Positions 57,362 to 64,000 of a DNA stretch of 64,000 nucleotides are shown here, in pieces. The translations under genes were made by a program, and so were the position numbers. The notes beneath the pieces are model-generated. The model saw only the letters and a program-made list of their open reading frames with translations. It was not told the DNA's origin and searched no databases. Positions within the stretch are counted from its first letter, which is position 1. Each line of letters starts with the position of its first letter. Source of the DNA: Candidatus Moraniibacteriota bacterium (GTDB lineage Bacteria > Patescibacteriota > Minisyncoccia > Moranbacterales > UBA1568); NCBI GenBank assembly GCA_016699425.1, contig CP064975.1:451212-515211 (forward strand), written 5' to 3'.

Positions 57362-58624
57362 TTAGATTGAGCGTGATTCGTACAACTCGAGGAGACGATT
57401 GTATTTCGCGAGTCGCTCTCCTCGGGCGACTGAGCCCGTTTTGATATAGTCCGCCTCGGCTGCGACCGCCAGATCAGCGATAAAGTCGTCGCAGGTTTCT
57501 CCGGAACGGTGCGAGATGACGGTCCGTAGACCGTGTTGCTTCGCAAGCGCGATGCAATCCAAGGTTTCGGAGAGCGTCCCGATCTGGTTGACCTTCACGA
57601 GCACCGCGTTGCAGGCATTAGTGGCGATGGCCTGTTCCAAGCGTTTCACATTGGTCACGAGCAAATCATCCCCAATTAGCATAAGCGTCGAACCCATTTC
57701 CTGCGTGAACATACTCCACCCCTCCCAGTCCTCTTCGTGAAATGGATCCTCGATAGAGAAAAGTGGGAACTGAGTGACCCAATCACGATACAGCGCTGCC
57801 ATCCCCGAACGGTCGAGGGTAATACCTTCCGGCTTCAGGTGATAGCGGTCTAATTTCTGATCATAGAACGAGTTGGCCGCTGCATCGATATCCAGCTGAA
57901 TATCCTGCCCCGGGACATACCCACTCTTCTCGATCGCCTGGACGAGCAGGGCAAAGGCTTCGGCATGGCTCTTCAGTCGCGGTGCGAAGCCGCCTTCATC
58001 GCCGACGTCCGTCGTGTAGCCCTCCGAACGCAGCAACTGTTGAAGGCTATGGAAAATCTCGCTCCCGGCGCGCAACTGCTCGGGGTAAGTCTCAATACCC
58101 GATGGAACAATTTTGAACTCTTGAACTGAAAGGCCCGAATCCGCATGTTCGCCACCATTGATCACATTGAACATTGGGATCGGGAAACCGACCTTGGTCC
58201 GCGGATAGGGCAAGAGCGTCTCGAGCTGAGAAGAAAGTCCCACACCTCGACTCATCGCCGCCGCCCGGGCAAGAGCAAGCGAAACACCGAGGATGGCATT
58301 GGCCCCGAGTGCTGACTTGGATTCCGTGCCGTCGAGCGCGATCATCTTTTCATCGAGCGCACGTTGCTCACTCGGGTCCATACCCGTCAGTGCCGAACCG
58401 ATGATCGTATCGATATTACCGATCGCCTTCAGAACCCCCTTCCCCTGATAGCGCCGAGTGTCACCATCGCGCAGTTCGAGCGCCTCATGCGCCCCAGTTG
58501 ACGCCCCTGACGGGACGCTGGCCTTGGCGACGGTGCCGTCATCAAGCGTGACGATCACCTCGACCGTCGGATTGCCTCGCGAGTCGAGAATCTCTCTCCC
58601 GCGGATATATGAAATGAGTGCCAT
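57362..58624 (-). CDS. eno: enolase
   Basis: Start at the internal Met (MALISYIRGREILDSRGNPTVEV). The listed ORF start at 58807 overlaps pgk. Enolase motifs (SHRSGET, KVNQIGTLSE). Confidence 0.9.
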   Translation of the reverse strand: MALISYIRGREILDSRGNPTVEVIVTLDDGTVAKASVPSGASTGAHEALELRDGDTRRYQGKGVLKAIGNIDTIIGSALTGMDPSEQRALDEKMIALDGTESKSALGANAILGVSLALARAAAMSRGVGLSSQLETLLPYPRTKVGFPIPMFNVINGGEHADSGLSVQEFKIVPSGIETYPEQLRAGSEIFHSLQQLLRSEGYTTDVGDEGGFAPRLKSHAEAFALLVQAIEKSGYVPGQDIQLDIDAAANSFYDQKLDRYHLKPEGITLDRSGMAALYRDWVTQFPLFSIEDPFHEEDWEGWSMFTQEMGSTLMLIGDDLLVTNVKRLEQAIATNACNAVLVKVNQIGTLSETLDCIALAKQHGLRTVISHRSGETCDDFIADLAVAAEADYIKTGSVARGERLAKYNRLLELYESRSI

Positions 58625-58667
58625 ACGTTTGTGATTAACGCCGCCTGTCGGCTCCTGTCCTATCATA

Positions 58668-59720
58668 TCATGCAGCGACGAGCGGCAAGAGACCAGGCAG
58701 ATCATTGCCCGCCATATATTCAAGCATCGCCCCGCCACCACTCGAGACAAAACTGATCCGGTGAAAGACACCCGCCTGTTCGAGAACCGCAAGCGATTCC
58801 CCACCACCGATAATTACGTAGGCGTCGGTTTCGAGGATGGCATCCAAAATAATTTTCGTCCCGACATCATACGGCTTCTCTTCGAATTTCCCCATCGGCC
58901 CGTTCCAGATGATGGTTTTCGCCTTCTTGATGATCTCAGCATAGTACGACGCCGTCGTCTTGCCGATATCGAGCCGCGCTGGCGAATCGAAGTCCTGCGG
59001 CAGGAGTACTTTATCTGAAAAGACGATTTTCTGATCGATCGCCTCATTGGCAATTTTGCCGCCGACGAGCACGCAATCATAGGTCGCTTCGAGGGCCCGG
59101 ATGAGTGGAAGTTTCGTCTCGATCTTGGCGCCGCCAATGATCGCCAGGGCCGGTCGGTCGGGATTGAAACGGACCGCATCCAAGCGCTCAGTCTCCTCAC
59201 ATAAGTGGAAACCGGCATACGACGGCAGGTGGGCTGTCACCCCGACCACGGAAGCATGTGCGCGATGGGAGACGCCAAAGGCTTCATTGATATAGGCATC
59301 AAACGGGGCGGCGAGCGCCGCGGCGAAGGCCGGATCATTAGTGGTCTCTCCAGCTGCAAAACGGACATTTTCGAGGAAGAGCACCTCTCCGAGAGTAGCT
59401 GTTGCGACGGCATCTGTGACTACTGGGCCTGAACACTCTGGGACAAACCGGACTATCCGCCCAAGCACACGCATCACTTCTGGAGCGAGTCGCTGGACGG
59501 AGTACTTTGGATCAGCCGCTCCATCTGGTCGCCCGAAATGTGTCACGAGCGCCACTGAGCGCGCACCGGCACTGACTACGTGATCGATGGTCTTCCGTGC
59601 CACCTCAAGTTTGAATCCCTCCTGCACATGCGCCAAATCATCGAGCTCAACATTGAAATCAACCCGGATGAGGACATTCTTTCCGGCCAAATCAGCAGTC
59701 GCGACGCTTCTGAGCTTCAT
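58668..59720 (-). CDS. pgk: phosphoglycerate kinase
   Basis: N-terminal RVDFNV. Hinge/ATP motifs (IIGGAKIETKL, GGGA). Confidence 0.85.
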   Translation of the reverse strand: MKLRSVATADLAGKNVLIRVDFNVELDDLAHVQEGFKLEVARKTIDHVVSAGARSVALVTHFGRPDGAADPKYSVQRLAPEVMRVLGRIVRFVPECSGPVVTDAVATATLGEVLFLENVRFAAGETTNDPAFAAALAAPFDAYINEAFGVSHRAHASVVGVTAHLPSYAGFHLCEETERLDAVRFNPDRPALAIIGGAKIETKLPLIRALEATYDCVLVGGKIANEAIDQKIVFSDKVLLPQDFDSPARLDIGKTTASYYAEIIKKAKTIIWNGPMGKFEEKPYDVGTKIILDAILETDAYVIIGGGESLAVLEQAGVFHRISFVSSGGGAMLEYMAGNDLPGLLPLVAA

Positions 59721-59737
59721 ACAAGTAGAAATAATTA

Positions 59738-60865
59738 TTAACGGCCCATCCCGATAACACCCACCATGACGCCGATGAGGGCGGTCAATGCCGTGAACAC
59801 CCAGGCCCGCATCACAACTTTCGGCTCAGGCCAGCCTTTGGCTTCGAAGTGGTGATGGAGCGGAGCGGCCAGGAAGACTTTGCGTTTCAGATATCGCTTG
59901 GAGAACAGCTGGATCGCGACGCTCCCGGATTCGAGCGCATAGATGAAGACGATGATGAAAAGCACGATCGCTGAATTCGTCAGCATCGCGACCACACCCA
60001 AAGTCGTCCCAAGGGCGATCGCTCCAGTGTCACCCATGAAGAAACGGGCCGGATAAATATTGAACCAGAGGAAAGCCAGGAGCGCACCCGCCACGGCGGC
60101 ACAAAAACTGGAGAGATCAACTTTGTTATGCATGAAAGCAATGAGGGAAAACGAACTGAAGGCAATAAGGAGCACACCCCCGTCGAGTCCATCGAGTCCG
60201 TCGGTTTCATTGGAAGAGATCGCCGCAAAAAGGATGACGAAGATGAAGAGCGGGATATACCACCAACCAATCGAGAAGTCACCGATCGCCGGGACATGGA
60301 CCGCGTCCCAGCCGAGCTTCGAATGGAACCACCAGGCACCGAGGCCCGCGATCGCAATCAGCCACCAGAAACGCGCCAGGAAGCGCATGCCCCCGCCTTT
60401 GTTTGCACCGATACCCCGCACACTCATATAATCATCGATGAGGCCAAGGATACCCGCCGTGACGAGAGTGAAAAGAGGAAGCCAAGTTTGGGAACGCTTC
60501 AGAAAATCGAGCCGGGCAATGAAGTTCGTATCAAAAAGGACTGCCAAAAGTGGGAAGAGCCACTCAGACATGAACGCCAAGAGAAAGACACTGAACCACA
60601 CAATGACACCGCCCATCGTCGGCGTCCCATCCTTCCAGGCATGGAGACGTGAGATGAAGCTTAGCTTGTCACCCGACACTCCGTTCTGCTTGATCCGAAT
60701 CCCAATCTTGTACTTGTACAAGATATGCGTCCAAATGGGGGTCAAGAAGAAGGCGAGGAGAAACGCCAAGAGACCCGTTGCGAGTACCTTCAGTACATTC
60801 ATGACCGTCGGGATCGATTGGATTTGGGCGAGGGCGAGTGAGTCCATAGGTGTATTTATATCCAA
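59738..60865 (-). CDS. mraY: phospho-N-acetylmuramoyl-pentapeptide transferase
   Basis: MraY motifs (PTMGG, NAxNxTDGLDGL, HHH). Confidence 0.9.
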   Translation of the reverse strand: MDINTPMDSLALAQIQSIPTVMNVLKVLATGLLAFLLAFFLTPIWTHILYKYKIGIRIKQNGVSGDKLSFISRLHAWKDGTPTMGGVIVWFSVFLLAFMSEWLFPLLAVLFDTNFIARLDFLKRSQTWLPLFTLVTAGILGLIDDYMSVRGIGANKGGGMRFLARFWWLIAIAGLGAWWFHSKLGWDAVHVPAIGDFSIGWWYIPLFIFVILFAAISSNETDGLDGLDGGVLLIAFSSFSLIAFMHNKVDLSSFCAAVAGALLAFLWFNIYPARFFMGDTGAIALGTTLGVVAMLTNSAIVLFIIVFIYALESGSVAIQLFSKRYLKRKVFLAAPLHHHFEAKGWPEPKVVMRAWVFTALTALIGVMVGVIGMGR

Positions 60866-61893
60866 TCGAATGATTCGAAACTCCAGTCAAACATCGACTG
60901 GATGCTCTGCCAACGGTACGGGTCATTCAAGACGACGGCGATGACTGGATGCTCACCCGATGGGTCCGTCGCGACCGCGAGGAGCGAATACCCAGCAAGT
61001 GGAGTGAAGCCAGTCTTGGTCCCGACGAGATTCGGCATCGATCCGATAAGCTGATCAGTATTGAACACCTCATGGACCAGCGTACCGTCTAGCGAGGTAA
61101 TACTCGCCTTCTCAATCTTCATAATTTCCCAAAGCACTTCGTGCTGGAGCGCCGTACTCGCGATGATCGCGACATCACGCGCCGAAGAGTAGCAACGGTT
61201 CTCCTCCCCATCGATTTCCAGTCCCGACGGCGTACAAAAGAGTGAATTCGTCAGGCCGAGTTCTTTCGCCCGCGTGTTCATGATCTCAGCGAAGCCCGCC
61301 TGCGTGCCTCCGATGTGCTTGCCCAACGCGATCGCTGCATCGTTGGCGCTATTCATAAGCGCTGCCTTCAGGAGGTCGTGCACCGTGACCTGTTCTCCAA
61401 CCGCAAATCGCACACCCGGACAATACCCGGAACGCGGACAACCGATCCGTGTCCCCTGAGTGTACACAGCTTCTTCGTCAATCGTCACCGGCGTCTCCAG
61501 ATTTTCAATCCGTTCCACGACGATGAGCGCGGTAAAAAGTTTGGTGAGTGACGCGATTTGTCGCTGATCAGTAGCATTTCGTCCATAAAGGACCTTGCCC
61601 GACTCAGCGTCCATGATGACCGAAGCATGCGCGGTGGGAACAGAGAGCTGGGGCGCATAGTCCCGGAGCATCGGCTGAAAGGTCGTCGAGAGTGAACGGT
61701 TTTCAACTAGATACGGGACATTGAGCGTGAGACCTGGAACTGGATCAGCCAATTCTGCCTCGCCTCCGCCCGTCCCAAACAGTCGATCAATCGTCTGGCT
61801 CGTGAGAAATGAATACACCAACTCTGGACGCTCCTTGAGTGTCCAGAGGGCGATGGTCGCCACGAGGCCAAAAGTGAGGAGGACTCTCATCAT
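60856..61893 (-). CDS. D-alanyl-D-alanine carboxypeptidase (S11 family, PBP5/6-like)
   Basis: Signal peptide. SxxK (ASLTK), SxN (SAND) and KTG (KTGFT) motifs. Confidence 0.75.
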   Translation of the reverse strand: MMRVLLTFGLVATIALWTLKERPELVYSFLTSQTIDRLFGTGGGEAELADPVPGLTLNVPYLVENRSLSTTFQPMLRDYAPQLSVPTAHASVIMDAESGKVLYGRNATDQRQIASLTKLFTALIVVERIENLETPVTIDEEAVYTQGTRIGCPRSGYCPGVRFAVGEQVTVHDLLKAALMNSANDAAIALGKHIGGTQAGFAEIMNTRAKELGLTNSLFCTPSGLEIDGEENRCYSSARDVAIIASTALQHEVLWEIMKIEKASITSLDGTLVHEVFNTDQLIGSMPNLVGTKTGFTPLAGYSLLAVATDPSGEHPVIAVVLNDPYRWQSIQSMFDWSFESFDWI

Positions 61894-62477
61894 GTTGCGT
61901 GATCTGAAGAAAGTGGCGTATCTTGCACAGCAGTCGGTGTCACGACATGCATCCGTTCATCCGTCGCGAGGGTCGCATAGTCCGGAAGCTCCTCAATCCG
62001 AGCTAATCCCATATGCTCGAGAAAGCGGAATGACGGCCGATAGATATAGCCGCGTGCATCTTCAGGATTCCCCTGCCGCTCGATCAAGCCGCGGATGAGC
62101 AGCGCCCGCAGCGTGTAGCTGCAATTCACTCCCCGAATCGCTTCGATCTCATGCCGCGCGATTGGCGCCCGATAGGCGATAATAGACAGCACCTCCAACG
62201 CTGCTTTGGAGAGGGTCTCCTGAAGTGTCGCCTTGGTGAAAGCATCCACGAGCGTCGCATGTATCGGTTTAGTCGCCATTTCAACCTTCCCCGCATGCTC
62301 AATGAGCATGAGCCCCGAATCCAACTCTCGGACATAGCGCTCGCTGAGCGCGCTGATGACCGCCTTCAAATCAGCGAGCTTGATATCCAAAAGTTCTGCC
62401 AGTCGCGCATGAGCGATCGGCTCGCCGCTCATGAAGAGGAGCGCTTCGAGTTTCGATTGGAGCGAGACTGATTCCAT
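61890..62477 (-). CDS. scpB: segregation and condensation protein B
   Basis: ScpB N-terminal winged helix (LEALLFMSGEPI). Overlaps the dac start (ATGA). Confidence 0.8.
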   Translation of the reverse strand: MESVSLQSKLEALLFMSGEPIAHARLAELLDIKLADLKAVISALSERYVRELDSGLMLIEHAGKVEMATKPIHATLVDAFTKATLQETLSKAALEVLSIIAYRAPIARHEIEAIRGVNCSYTLRALLIRGLIERQGNPEDARGYIYRPSFRFLEHMGLARIEELPDYATLATDERMHVVTPTAVQDTPLSSDHAT

Positions 62478-62489
62478 ATTATGTATCCG

Positions 62490-63242
62490 TTATACTTCCT
62501 CCCTGAGCGCGATGTCTTGAAAGGACCCTGCCTGATCGGCCCGAACAAAGCGCTGTTTCACTAATTCGAGAATCGCGAGGAAAGCGATGATGATCTCAAG
62601 CTTGTCACTCACATCCGACGTCATCTGTCGAAACGACACCGCCATCCGACTCGCCAAGGTCGATCGAAGCTCAAGCATCTTCTCCTCCAGCGAGATGACA
62701 TTCCGAATTTCTTCTTCATCGAGCTTTTCAAGAAGCGGTATCTCACCAAGGACTGACTGAAACGCGGTGGCGAGTGACGCTGCCGTGACTTCAGGATCCG
62801 GCAAGAAGACTATATCTGCTCCGAGGAAGCTCTCGCGCACCACGGCTCGTTCTGTCCGAGCGAACAAGAGACCAAGACCGACGCTCGCATCCCGGAACTT
62901 ACGATATTCGCGCAATTGCCATTCGAGATCCTCGATCGATTCTTCTTCTTCCTCAGAAAACTCCAAGAGTGGCAGCAGCGCCCGAGACTTCAGAAGGAGG
63001 AGGCGCGATGCCACGGAGAGGAACTGGGCCAACTGGGAAAGCGGGACTTCCCCTTGATGAGCGATATATTCGAGGTATTGGTCAGCGACGCTCGCCAAAG
63101 AAACCCGGGTGACGTCGAGCCTATCTCTTTCGATGAGTTGCAAGAGAAGCTCAAGCGGCCCTTCGAACTGCTCTAATCGCACCGCATATGCCATAGGTTT
63201 CAGCCCTATAATACCATGGCCGAGAGGCCCCTGCCTAGCCAA
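62490..63242 (-). CDS. scpA: segregation and condensation protein A
   Basis: ScpA/kleisin N-terminus (FEGPLELLLQLIERDRLDVTRVSLA). Confidence 0.8.
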   Translation of the reverse strand: MARQGPLGHGIIGLKPMAYAVRLEQFEGPLELLLQLIERDRLDVTRVSLASVADQYLEYIAHQGEVPLSQLAQFLSVASRLLLLKSRALLPLLEFSEEEEESIEDLEWQLREYRKFRDASVGLGLLFARTERAVVRESFLGADIVFLPDPEVTAASLATAFQSVLGEIPLLEKLDEEEIRNVISLEEKMLELRSTLASRMAVSFRQMTSDVSDKLEIIIAFLAILELVKQRFVRADQAGSFQDIALREEV

Positions 63243-63292
63243 ATTTACCAGACATACAGCCTCATTGATACTGAGAATAGATTTCCGCTGGT

Positions 63293-64000
63293 TTACTCAT
63301 TGGCATCTATTGGTAAAGATGCAAACTCTGACGTTTGTTTTTGCCACAAGGAGTAGTAACGGCCTTTCAAAGCTACCAACTCATCATGACTACCCGACTC
63401 AATTACCTCACCTGCGTGCATGACAATTATTCGATGAAGTCCTGCAACAGTGCTCAATCGGTGCGCTACAACTATTGCAGTTTGATTCCCAATTATTTCG
63501 GGAAGAGCGCGCTGTATGATCTGCTCGCTTTCACTATCAAGTGCACTGGTAGCTTCGTCGAAAATCATGATGGGCGCTTTCTTGAGTATGGCGCGAGCAA
63601 TTGCGACGCGTTGCTTCTGACCACCACTCAATTTAATGCCTCTTTCGCCGACGATGGTGTCGTAGCCGTCCGGCAATTTTTCTATAAACTCATGGGCGTG
63701 AGCCGCTTTGGCCGCTCTGATAATTTCCGCGTCATCTTCTTTATTGTTGTAGTAAGCGATATTTTCTTTAATACTGCGATGAAAAAGAAGAGGTTCTTGA
63801 GGTACATAGGCAATATTCTTCCGCAGTTCGCTTTGTTTTACTTCTTGAATATTAATGCCGTCTATTTTGATTGAACCACCGTCAATTTCATCAAATCGAA
63901 GTAGTAAATTTGCCAGCGTACTTTTACCGGCCCCACTCAATCCAACGATACCTATTTGTTCGCCACCTTTTATCTTGATCGTGAGGTTCGTAAAAACCGG
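63293..64000 (-). CDS. ABC transporter ATP-binding protein (C-terminal ATPase part of an exporter), continues beyond the window end
   Basis: Walker A (GLSGAGKST), signature LSGGQKQR, Walker B IMIFDEATS and H-loop. The listed start at 63940 is a TTG inside the gene; the reading frame continues to the edge. Confidence 0.7.
   Translation of the reverse strand, partial: PVFTNLTIKIKGGEQIGIVGLSGAGKSTLANLLLRFDEIDGGSIKIDGINIQEVKQSELRKNIAYVPQEPLLFHRSIKENIAYYNNKEDDAEIIRAAKAAHAHEFIEKLPDGYDTIVGERGIKLSGGQKQRVAIARAILKKAPIMIFDEATSALDSESEQIIQRALPEIIGNQTAIVVAHRLSTVAGLHRIIVMHAGEVIESGSHDELVALKGRYYSLWQKQTSEFASLPIDANE

Noticed and set aside
1-64000. CRISPR arrays and rRNA genes
   Set aside because: No regularly spaced direct repeats of 25-40 bp with unique spacers were seen. 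No rRNA-like conserved blocks were seen. The repeats present are the gene-terminal 24-bp motif, which has genes rather than spacers between copies, and the short duplications described in the findings.

Overview
The window is a 64-kb bacterial chromosomal segment at roughly 55% GC. Its density of housekeeping genes looks like a small-genome lineage, possibly CPR/Patescibacteria-like; that placement is inference. Supporting points are an orphan groES with no groEL, a short AlaRS, many hypothetical secreted or membrane proteins, and apparently leaderless starts.

Recognisable core genes include:
- S41 C-terminal processing peptidase, groES, tandem-rhodanese protein, fmt-def, priA, thpR, TagA-like glycosyltransferase, gltX, M23 peptidase, NUDIX
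- ftsX-ftsE, prfB with its programmed +1 frameshift, tRNA-Thr, a DsbA-like protein, engB
- the hrcA-grpE-dnaK heat-shock locus with a perfect CIRCE
- yidD, corA-like, cysS, dnaB, recR, fabZ-like, rplU, alaS (frameshifted as read)
- ftsA, PfkB kinase, eno, pgk, mraY, D-Ala-D-Ala carboxypeptidase, scpB, scpA, and a partial ABC exporter

The accessory content is:
1. A roughly 4.9-kb low-GC island inserted at the 3' end of tRNA-Gln(CTG) and flanked by a 16-bp direct repeat. It carries a SAM methyltransferase, a SET-domain protein, two overlapping unknown genes and a truncated pyrophosphatase-like gene. Each gene ends in a conserved 24-26-bp motif, and no integrase is present. A GIY-YIG gene and a disrupted tRNA-Gln 5' fragment lie on the other side of the tRNA.
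2. A single low-GC gene for a standalone SIR2-like (SIR2_2/DUF4917-type) protein, a candidate NADase defence gene, bracketed by a strong bidirectional hairpin.
3. A GGDEF / PD-(D/E)XK nuclease / HD-domain / hemerythrin cluster.
4. A NUDIX-GrpE fusion with tandem partial duplicates.
5. A roughly 45-nt sequence shared by the 3' ends of dnaK and a neighbouring membrane-protein gene.
6. A 1.2-kb stretch between hrcA and yidD that lacks convincing ORFs.

No CRISPR array or rRNA was seen.
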